Positions 12,501 to 23,165 of a stretch of DNA of 64,000 bases are shown here, piece after piece. Where the stretch lies: the NCBI RefSeq assembly GCF_963853765.1, contig NC_088857.1, positions 3,658,001 through 3,722,000 of the forward strand, given 5' to 3'. Each line of letters starts with the position of its first letter. Position 1 is the first letter of the stretch. This DNA is from Magallana gigas. Lineage: Eukaryota. Below the pieces are notes generated by a model, which made no database searches, had not been told where the DNA came from, and worked only from the letters and a program-made list of their open reading frames with translations. The position numbers and the translations under genes are program-made.

Positions 12501-14614
12501 CAGCCACGAGCGTGCACTTTGATGATTTTCGCTTGTGACGTTGCAGTTTACAGCGTTCAACGTTTGTGACGTCATAATAAAACTCGTCAATTTGACCTTT
12601 GACTACTTGTTGCATTTAGAGGCATTTGAAGATCACAGAATTTATGGAAAAACACAGTAGAATGTAAATATAGGTGAATAACTTCGTAGGCTTTGCTTAA
12701 CATCAAGATATTCTTAAGAATCGTCCTCTTGGGTGCCCTCTTAATATAATGTCGTTGTATAATGTTCAGTGACAATGGTGACGTTATACTTAAACTTGCA
12801 GCTTTGTATAATATATCATTTAATATTTATTCATTTGATGAGATATCGGCGCTTCTGATTGGTCGAAAAATTTCTTTGATACCTGCATCAATAAAATTTT
12901 TGCCGGATCTACTTTTCTCAACTGTTCTGATCTAACACTATTTATAGAACGGGAATTTCCAAGATAAACACTGTCAACAAAATGTAAAGTTGTGTCTGTT
13001 TTATTGTCAGCAAACAAAATGCAACCTTGTGAATATAAAAAAATGAAAGTTTAACCTTCAAAAATAAACAAAACACATTATTTGATTCACGAAATAGAGA
13101 ATTAAGCGTCTTCTCACGATTTCGTCTGCTTGAGATCAATCAACATTTACAGCGAGGCTGGCTGTTCCTTTTCCAGGAATATTATAACGAACATATAGGC
13201 CTATAAACTTTCACGGTAACACTTCTGTTCAAATTTGGTAACGATGATTTTTGAATTTACATACGTACACCATCTGTCATCAGAATAAGCGTCGTAAAGA
13301 AAAGCTATGAGTAATGCATCAACTCCTTCGGCGCATTGCAAGCGGCAGAAATACCATTTCAGTACATCACTGGCTATCTAGTTACCACAACGTTTACAAA
13401 AGTCGCTTATACATACTCTTCTCTGTCGACATATCAGCTATTTTCATCCACGATCGCCTTTTCTTGGATGGTTATGTCCAGTTGCATATTCCAGCGATCT
13501 CACATAAAAACTAGTTTTATTACGAGTTTTTCTGCACAGTGAATAATATCACAAGCTATCGCATGTATTTTCCTTTCGTTTTGAATTCAGCCGGTTCAGA
13601 TTTTAACTCACTATTTGTGTTTAATCCTTTAATTCAGCTTAATAGTTCTGCATCAGCTGTCAAAGGCGCATCCATTTTGAATATTGTTGCTGTTGTTGTT
13701 TTGTATTCATACGCGCCGCTTCATTTACATTATTTACATTTTTGATCAATGACACTTCACATTTTTTTATTTGAAAATGTTTTATTAAATGATAAGAAAT
13801 GAAGATAATAATTTTTACTTTATGAAGTTTTCCGGTCAATTTTTTCTTTGATACGTCGATCAATAGAAAAATTATTATCTTCATTTCTTAAATCAATATA
13901 TGATTAATTTGGGTTATGCATTAATAATATCTGATTTCTATCAGAAAACAGAAGATTAAAGATTCGTGTTCATGTTGTTTTTTTATTCAGTTCAATCCCT
14001 CGCTTCCACTGAGCTCAGATATCACAGGATTCGTCAAGGCTCCCAAACTGAAGGACCGAATTCACTGTGTGGCCTTCGTTCTGGACGCTTCCGCTGTTGA
14101 CGTCATGTCGGAGAAGATGCTGGAGAAAATCAGAAAGCTCCAGATAGCGATGAACCAAAGAGGTAGTTTCACAAAGATATAATCATTTTTGTGGTCCTAC
14201 ACAATAAAAATCCATGGTGGATTTCCTGAGTACTCCTTTTCAAGAATATCTTACAAAAATTAAGATGGTAATTCATAAGAACTAAACTTTCATATTTCAA
14301 TTTTTTTAACAGGTCTTCCTCAAGTTGTTTTACTGACTAAGATTGATAAGATATGCGCGTCTTTGCAAGATGACGTAGGACTGACGTACTACATTCCCAC
14401 AGTCCAAGAGCACGTGGATAAAGTGGCGGCGATGATTGGTCTTCCTAGATCGCACGTGATCCCCGTCAAGAACTACGAGAGCGAGCGAGAACTCAACAAC
14501 AGCATCAACATACTGAATCTGTTGGCCATGCAGCAGATTCTGCACTTTGCAGACGACTTCCTGTACAATTACCTTGACGATCTGGACGACGAACAAATAA
14601 GCACTGCCGACTAA
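9575..14614 (+). CDS. IFI44L: IFI44-like copy 2, 470 aa
   Basis: Exons 9575-10106, 10207-10268, 10612-10809, 11025-11171, 13991-14162, 14313-14614; 1413 nt, no internal stop, same motifs as copy 1. Confidence 0.92.
11273..11930. mobile_element. MITE with ~70-bp TIRs and TA target-site duplication, in intron 4 of copy 2
   Basis: TA|ACACTGTGCCGGATAA...TTATCCGGCACAGTGT|TA; absent at the homologous intron site of copy 3 (~26740-26760). Confidence 0.85.
12224..12671 (-). mobile_element. Hairpin-ended non-autonomous element (Crypton-like, inferred)
   Basis: Palindrome 12235-12393 with a CG-rich loop; bounded by TAAATAT direct repeats; absent from copy 3 (~27040-27055). Confidence 0.65.
12815..13891 (+). 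mobile_element. Hairpin-ended element, copy A (terminal hairpin partly deleted)
   Basis: ATCATTTAATATTTATTCATTTGATGAG...CTGATTGG...TTCTTAA; near-identical to 14721-15861. The empty site AATATATCAATAT in copy 3 (~27176-27190) indicates no TSD. Confidence 0.8.
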
Positions 14615-14720
14615 TTTGAACGTCAAGTTCTGATGTCGTCGTTGATTCATAGGAATTGTAAAGTTATTCTAAAGAACTTTTCCAGGTTGCAGATTGTTAA
14701 AAATTACGTGAGAGATGTAT

Positions 14721-15861
14721 ATCATTTAATATTTATTCATTTGATGAGATATCGGCGCTTCTGATTGGTCGAAAAATTTCTTTGATACCTGCATCAATAA
14801 AATTTTTCCGGATCTACTTTTCTCAACTGTTCTGATCTAACACTATTTATAGAACGGGAATTTCCAAGATAAACACTGTCAACAAAATGTAAAGTTGTGT
14901 CTGTTTTATTGTCAGCAAACAAAATGCAACCTTGTGAATATAAAAAAATGAAAGTTTAACCCTCAAAAATAAACAAAACACATTATTTGATTCACGAAAT
15001 AGAGAATTAGGCCTAAGCGTCTTCTCACGATTTCGTCTGCTTGAGATCAATCAACATTTACAGCGAGGCTGGCTGTTCCTTTTCCAGGAATATTATAACG
15101 AACATATAGGCCTATAAACTTTCACGGTAACACTGCTGTTCAAATTTGGTAACGATGATTTTTGAATTTACATACGTACATCATCTGTCATCAGAATAAG
15201 CGTCTTAAAGAAAAGCTATGAGTAATGCATCAACTCCTTCGGCGCATTGCAAGCGGCAGAAATACCATTTCAGTACATCACTGGCTATCTATTTACCACA
15301 ACGTTTACAAAAGTCGCTTATACATACTATTCTCTGTCGACATATCAGCTATTTTCATCCACGATCGCCTTTCCTTGGATGGTTATGTCCAGTTGCATAT
15401 TCCAGCGATCTCACATGAAAACTAGTTTTATTACGAGTTTTTCTGCACAGTGAATAATATCACAAGCTATCGCATGTATTTTCCTTTCGTTTTGAATTCA
15501 GCCGGTTCAGATTTTAACTCACTATTTGTGTTTAATCCTTTAATTCAGCTCAATAGCTCTGCATCAGCTGAAGGCGCATCCATTTTGAATATTGTTGCTG
15601 TTGTTGTTTTGTATTCATACGCGCCGCTTCATTTACATTATTTACATTTTTGATCAATGACACTTCACATTTTTTTATTTGAAAATGTTTTATTAAATGA
15701 TAAGAAATGAAGATAATAATTTTTCTATTGATCGACGTATCAAAGAAAAAATTGACCGGAAAACTTTTTCATCAATGCGCTACGCGCATTGATGAAGTTT
15801 TCCGGTCAATTTTTTCTTTGATACGTCGATCAATAGAAAAATTATTATCTTCATTTCTTAA
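14721..15861 (+). mobile_element. Hairpin-ended element, copy B (intact 160-bp terminal palindrome)
   Basis: Same termini as copy A; palindrome 15701-15860 with loop TAC at 15781-15783. Confidence 0.8.
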
Positions 15862-16548
15862 GTCATTTTATAGAGAAGTAGGAATTGTGACAAAATTTGT
15901 GTAAAACCTTCAAATTCGGAGCTCACTCCCTCTATCATACGAAACAATTCCGTTGAAAATGATAAGATTTGCATAAATTCTGATGATATTTGAATGAGTT
16001 ATTAATGAATTCTAGTATTCTGGGAATAAGGCACTCATTTAGCGATCAACACACCGTTTTTTTCTTCTACTTGTTTTAAGACCTCTATGTTCCGATGAGT
16101 ATTGAACTGTCAGAAAATTTAACTGCATTATTAAAACTTTGATGAATTTTAATGTATTAGAAAATTCCCATATTATTCAAATAGGAAATAGGAATGGTCC
16201 TGATATTTTAGATGGGAGTGGTTTAATTTTCTTTTTACAGAAATGTATTTTTAAGACTTTCCTCCAAGTATAAACATAAAATGAAGGTACATGTATGATT
16301 ATACCATTCTGCTTTAGATACTTGATTATGACCAATCGAAATGTTGGATTATCAGTGAAGCCGATCTTGCCAAAGACCAGTTTTTATTTCATAACTGACA
16401 TAATTCGATTTACATGTACCCAGGTGTCGCCTTCGTTTACTTAGGATTATAGGGTATATCGATGACGCATTACTGTTTGGTAGTTCTGTGCAAGAGTGTT
16501 CAGATCACTTCTCTGAAACTGTGACCTTAGTAGAAAGTCAAGAGTTTA

Positions 16549-17985
16549 TACCGAGCGCAGCGAGAGGCGGGCGAAGCCCGCCTCGCGAAGCGAGGATTAA
16601 TGGTAACACGTATATATAAGAAAATCAGTGAAAAATGAATGTTGAATCAGGGGTACTAAGGCCCAAAAAATTTTCTTCCAGCCATGGGCGCCGCCATATT
16701 GGCCGCCATTTTGTTTTTGAAAAGTTAGTTCGATCATTGATTGACTGGTACTTATCGATGTTTATTGCCCCTAAACTCGATTTAATAAGTTCCAATGTTT
16801 CAATAGAAGGTAATTTGAATTAAAAGAAATTAAAAAAGAAAACAAATAAGTTTTAATAGTGCTTCAATCAAGAAACACGACTTGTTCTATGTATGTCTTA
16901 TCAAATTATCAGATGGAAAATAAAAACATTAACGCCAAGCAACTGATCTTTAAGATTCTGAATAAAGTATTCAATTTTATTACATTGGCATTCATATGAA
17001 TTAAATTGATGAACAATGAAAGAAGAATTAAAAACAAATTCCGAATCACGTAAGTCTCTTCGGCTATTTCCGAAGACGTTTTACGTCTGAAATATGACGT
17101 CATAATGTAGACTGAGCACGCGACATTTAGTTTAACTCTGACGAATGATTTGAGAAGGCAATCATGCTGGCGGATCCTATTGTGTGCGTTTTAAATAGAT
17201 TTTATTATACAAAGATCAAACTGCACTGTGTTAAATCTGCGCTCGGTCCAACGGTCACACCGTTTACATAATATGTAAACGGTGTGACCGTTGGACCGAG
17301 CGCAGATTTAACACAATGTAATTTGAATTTTGTATGATAAAACGCACACAGTAGGATCCGCCTGCCTACTCATACCATTCGTCAAAGTTAAACTAAACGT
17401 CGCGTGCTCAGTCTGCATTATGACGTCATATTTCAGACGTAAAACGTTCAAATTTTGTCTTCGGAAATAGCCGAAGAGAGTTACGCGATTCCGAATTTTT
17501 TTTAATTTCTTCTTTTATTGTTCATCAATTTAATTCATATGAATGCCAATGTAATAAAATTGAATACTTTGTTCAGTATCAAAAAGATCAGTTCCTTGAC
17601 GTTAATGTTTTTATTTTCCATCTGATATTTTGATAAGACATACATAGAACAAGTCGTGTTTCTTGATTGAAGCGCTATTGAAACTTATCTGGTTTCCTTT
17701 TTAATTTCTTTTAATTCAAATTACCTTCTATTGAAACACTGGAACTTATTTAATCGAGTTTAGGGGCAATAAACATCGATAAGTGCCAGTCAATCAATGA
17801 TCGAACTTACTTTTTAAAAACAAAATGGCTGCCAATATGGCGGCGCCCAGGGCTGGAAGAAAATTTTTTGGGCCTTAGTACCCCTGATTCAACTTTCATT
17901 TTTCACTGATTTTCTTATATATACGTGTTACCATTAATCCTCGCTTCGCGAGGCGGGCTTCGCCCGCCTCTCGCTGCGCTCGGTA
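16549..17985. mobile_element. 1.44-kb foldback (whole-element palindrome) non-autonomous transposon
   Basis: TACCGAGCGCAGCGAGAGGCGGGCGAAGCCCGCC... and ...GGCGGGCTTCGCCCGCCTCTCGCTGCGCTCGGTA; ~715-bp arms meet at ACATA-A-TATGT (centre 17271); TA at both ends. Confidence 0.9.
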
Positions 17986-18975
17986 TTAGTAAATTATAAC
18001 TAATCTGTTCCGATCAATACCAAGTATTGAAATCATTTTCTTAGCAAATGTTTTTGATTCTTAATTGGTGATATTTGTTCTTACTGAAGAAAGAAAATTG
18101 TCTATTTAAGAGGCATGCAAAAGATTACAGAATCTATACTACAATATTAAAATAATAGACTCGAATTTTTTAGCTTTAATACCGAGAAATCGGAAGATTA
18201 CTGTCATTTGTTTTATAGATTTTAAACATTTTTGGCACTTGAAGATTACCAATTTGTTTTTATTTTTTCTTAATCAAGCTTCGCTAATTAATAATCAACG
18301 AAAATTCCTTTAAAAAATCCGGAAATCATATGGATTTTTCGGATTTTACAATCTTGCGCATGCGCATTACATTCACGCTAAATCACGGGAGGCTCTTTAG
18401 TTTTTGTTTCCACAATATGACATTTGCATGGATGAACTCGGTAACGATATTACTAATACGTGTAAATTTTTATTGAGAATTTGTCATATACATATACTGT
18501 TCATCAAAGGAAATACGGGAAATAACTCTAACTCAGTGCATTTAATATGCAAAATCCCGATAGTTCCGAATGTCAACTTGAAGCGAGTGAAAAAGTGTTG
18601 AATTTTTCATTAATATGAATTAAATTTTTTGATGAAAGGTATTAATTACAGCCTCAAAATGGTATATTGTGAATAATTTGACTGTTACTTTCAATGCAGA
18701 TTCATTAATTGTCTCCAAAATCGTTTCGAAGCGATTCTGCAATTTTTCGCTACATTACGGGTATATGGGAGGCATTTTTTACTGTGGTATAGGCCTGTCA
18801 CGAGACACAGTTAGATTATTCTAAGTAAGTAGAGTGTAGTGAAATTAATAGCATTATTGTAGGCTTAAAGCTTTATTTTGTAAATGGCAACAATACCGTG
18901 TGTCGATGTATCTATTTCGTAGATGTCCGATATCATATACAATGTTAACACGTGGACGCACGGGTCAAAGTCTAG

Positions 18976-19051
18976 TAATAATAATAATATAATAATTATA
19001 ATTTTTATAGCGCCCTATATAATAAAATTATCACTCTAAGGCGCTTTACAT
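18976..19051 (-). mobile_element. Probable LINE (L2/CR1-group) or SINE 3' tail
   Basis: Reverse strand reads ATGTAAAGCGCCTTAGAG...GGCGCTATAAAAAT followed by (TAT)n, resembling L2-type 3' ends. Confidence 0.4.
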
Positions 19052-19163
19052 AAAATGGACATAAAATGGACATTACAAAACATAGAATGCACAGCTATAA
19101 AACAAATTCGGGAAGTTGTCAGTCATTGGATTGTTAGTGGCTAGTTTCTCAGCGGATAAGGTC

Positions 19164-19198
<35 letters not shown>

Positions 19199-19295
19199 CG
19201 ACCCCCCCTGGAAAATGAAAATTTATTAAATTTACATAGTAAAATTATCGCGAAAATATGCCTCGGACCCCCCCTGGCAAACACAATTATCCTTC

Positions 19296-19329
<34 letters not shown>

Positions 19330-19332
19330 ATG
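19164..19332. mobile_element. 169-bp MITE with 5-bp TSD
   Basis: AGGTC|CATGCGCGGATC...GATCCGCGCATG|AGGTC. Confidence 0.85.
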
Positions 19333-19899
19333 AGGTCAGTTGTTTAATCGTGACATGGAGAGGGCAATGACTGGTGCACTTGCACAATCACAGTATGGGT
19401 TTGCAAATATGTTTAATTTATTTATCAATTAAGGGCCCTCAGGGAGATATGCATAAAAACAATAATATAACAAGTAATATAACTGCAGCTATTCAAGGAT
19501 ATCAAAGAGAAGTGCATATATAGATATTGTACATTTTAAATTAGCATATTCATATATATCTGATATAACACAAAGTTACAAAGTTGTTATTTGCAAGCAT
19601 AGGTGTGAATTCATGTAGGAGCAGTTATAAACACACATTCCCTTAAATCGATACGTTGATAATATTTATACAGACACACCATATGCAACGTAGACTTAAT
19701 ATAGAATTATTCACCTGATATGTAGTTTCAAGACAGGACAGTGAGCGGAAAGATAGAATTCTATATAGAGGAGTGGAAACTATACTGTATTTTTGTTGGC
19801 CACCAAGTATAACAATGATGCTTCAATTTATAACAAAAGAAATTAAAAATGAAATTAGATTGTTGGATTTCTAACATTTATACGGTACTTAAACAAGTT

Positions 19900-21480
19900 T
19901 TTACACGAACCATATGAAATCATTACTACTTCTGATGCTTCCCATCTTTGATTAGGGGCTGTAATGAATAAATCAAAATCTTAAGAAAGATGGATCACTA
20001 AGGAAGCTAGAAACAATATCAGTTTTTTAGAACTTTTAGCTTGCTTTTTTAGATAAAAATCTTTTCTCTGCCGTGACCAAAAAAAAAGATTATTAATAAT
20101 ACCACATCTATATCATTCATTACTAACATGGGTTCTATTACCTCTAAAAATCTGACAAACTTGCAAAAGAAATTTGGCTGTAATGTATGAATAGGGGTCT
20201 TGGTTAAGTGCATGGCATATTCCTAGTAAAGGTAACATATGACAGCTGACAATTTGTCAAATTTCATGATCAGATAGAGTGGATGTGAAGTAAATGTGGG
20301 TTTAACAGAATTATTCAATAAGAATGAGATTGATTTTTTAACATATCTTTTCCCCCAAGGTTTAGGTTACGCTTTAGCCTTTTTCTTTCCTTTATTTTTT
20401 CTTTTTTTTATGGTTTTTTTTCTGTTGGATGTCATCTATTGGTTATAAGATTCATGAAAAGTGTTTTGAAATTGAGACCATCAAAATCAAGATATGTTCA
20501 TACATGGGATGCATCTTTTGTTTTAAAGAAATTTATTACCTTTTAAATTTGATATATTTTAGTTATTTATGTTTATTAGCTTAATTTGTGCAAGTAGGGT
20601 ACAAACTATTTCATGTATGAAACTTAGTAATATGACAAGAAGGAAGAATTATAGTTTTTTCGTCACTTTTAGTGACCTAACCTAACAGTAGCATGTCTGA
20701 CATGGTCTTAACATCTTATCCTCCAGATAGGAGGCTTTGTGTTTACCTTGTTCTATGTGAGTAGATATATAGATATCGGACTGCAAGAATAAGAAAGAAA
20801 TGTGATTCATTGTTCATTAGTTGTGTACAGCCTCATAAGGAGGTATCAAGGGACAGTAATTGCACGTTGGAACAGTGATCTGTGAAGCTGGAGTAGATAC
20901 TACTAATTTCAGGGCTCAGTGTTCGAGTTGCATCCGTGTCTAGAGCAAAATGGAACTTTGTCCCTGTTGATGACATTTTGACAAAAGTAGGACGGTCCTA
21001 CATGTATGTTGGACCGCTCCGAAAGTTTTATGATAAACCTATTGTCAATAATGACAAGAATTCAAATGCAGTTTTGAAATCGAATAAAAGAATTTGTTTT
21101 ACTTTTATTTTATTTTTTGTGCTTTTAAGATTCACGTTATCTCGGAAGGGACTTTTACGAAAAATAAATAGGAAGTTAAACAAGACTTATCTTTGTAAAG
21201 GGGAAGTTTTATTCAAATTATTTGAGTAAATAAAAGGCACTTTAGAGATGACTTCCTCCCACCCTGCAGGTGGTGTATGTTACAGCATAAATGCACAGAA
21301 TGCGCACTGCTATTCGTCTTATCTGTACATTGCCTTTTATTTAGTCCAATTCTAGTAATTGGACTTTACCAAGGTGAGTCTCGTTTTGATTTCCTACACT
21401 GTAATTCTACTTGTCTAGGATGCTACACGTCAAAAGAACGAAGTGAACTGCCAACGTGCCTCTGAGGTAAAAAGCAAACT
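19900..21480 (+). mobile_element. Degenerate DIRS-type (tyrosine-recombinase) retrotransposon remnant
   Basis: Broken frames give RNase H-like TTSDASHL (19925-19950) and KEIWL..(W)LSAWHIPSKGN (20166-20240), plus tyrosine-recombinase-like LFISC.QPHKEVSRD..ARW and AGVDTTNFRA/SVRVAS...VPVDDILTKVG.S...RKFYDKPI (20810-21050); many stops and frameshifts. Confidence 0.8.
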
Positions 21481-23081
21481 GTTTCTGTATCGAGCAAATA
21501 TATATTATTTTAATTAGTTGCATTCTATCAATACACTATTTAGATAGCTATGATACAGTTATACTCCCTCAGTTTATTATAACAGCCAACAAGCCACACG
21601 TCGTAAGACCATTGCTTACATATCGTCCATACTACTGAATGTATATTTTTGGATGTCGTCGGTCCTACATGTATAACGCACCAAGGCAGAGCAGACAATT
21701 CCAACTTAACATCACATACATCAAATTAATTAATCCTTTTAATTAGCCATATATATAAATGATCTGTTTAACGTTATCTCTTTTGTCAGTCAAATTCTAT
21801 AATTTTGACTTAATCCGTAATTGTCAAAAAACTTATTATAGGATATGACAGCACAGGTCGTAAAGCAATATGAGTTGTATTTTTTAGAATTTTATTTTGC
21901 TGCAAAAACCTGCTAGTATGATAAGTCTGTCTGTAACTTAAACTTTTATGATAAATAAGATTTGTAAAAATCTTAAATTTTGTCAGGAAAAAGATTTCAC
22001 TTATAAGGAATACATAGCCGATCAATATTTGTACAGGGCGACAATAATTCAATTTTGCTTCAATTAAGAGTTCTTAATGGGTTTTTCCACAGAAACAGAG
22101 CTAACAAATTTAAAAACCATGATATTTTTGACATTTTAGTACAAAATAACATTTTGTTTTAAAAACATTCCAACATGAAAATTGCAGCTCATATTGCTTT
22201 AAGTTCAACTCGACAATATTCTGTTTCACTTCGATCTCATAAATTAAATTTCAAATTTGCGTTATATCAAGCAAGCAATTATACATAGCATGTATTCGCG
22301 AAAGTTTTGCATCAAGCAAGTAAGTTACGTTTTTACTCACGAAATCTTCTGGTAATTCGTGATATTCGTTTTATAGCGCGAAAGTTTAGTTGTTTAGATT
22401 ACGAATTTTCATTGAATAACAGAAAGTTTTGCATTTATTCGTGCTATTTAGATTGATTCGCGAAATCTTCGCGCTTTTCCGACATATTTCGAACTTTTCG
22501 TCTTTGATCGCTGGTGGAAATCCTTTGATTAAGAAAATTAACTCGTTAATTTTACACAAGATTCTAGTAAGATTTTTTTTTTTTGAAAATCAAATTTTAA
22601 ACTTCCTTTAAAGGTATGAAAAAGCACGATTTTCTGCAAACTGGTCTATTTTTACAACGGCCTTTTCTTATTCAACCCCTTTGGATCATTCGACTGAATG
22701 GAATTTGAACACATCCGTAGATGCATGAATGAGAACTTGAAAAAAAATTCTGTACATACATTTATTGCTAGCGCTCTCGAGCTACACAACAGTACCAATG
22801 TTTCTTGAAAATTTTCACCTCGAAATTGAAACATAATGATTAAGGCACAGTCAATGAGCTGTGCAATTGCCGATGTGAAGCCCACTCTAGATTCACAATT
22901 CTAAATTGAGACCCCACTCCAGCACAATTTCAGTACACCACAGTGCTTTCCTATTTAATTAATCGATTGAGGAATTTAAACCAATGTGTTAGAAATCTGC
23001 TTGGCTACGGCGATAGCTCACCAATCTTTTTAAAAGATAAGCTTGTTTACCAGTATATGTTGACTTATTACCATAAATTGT

Positions 23082-23092
23082 ACTTTCGTTTT
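23082..23092 (-). promoter_or_regulatory. IRF-element-like motif upstream of IFI44L copy 3
   Basis: ACTTTCGTTTT kept although the flanking sequence differs from copies 1 and 2. Confidence 0.5.
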
Positions 23093-23165
23093 AACCACAT
23101 TTTAACTGGGATTTTCTAGTGATTTTATTTTCTCTTTATTTTCGCAGAATTTCTGAATCTCTCTG

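Noticed and set aside
12820-15653. Duplicated short ORFs (65-68 aa) in the two hairpin-ended elements
   Set aside because: Shared only because the elements are recent copies; no transposase or recombinase motifs recognisable.
18355-18366. NRF1-like palindrome TGCGCATGCGCA suggesting a hidden promoter
   Set aside because: Isolated motif among repeat fragments with no adjacent exon or ORF evidence.
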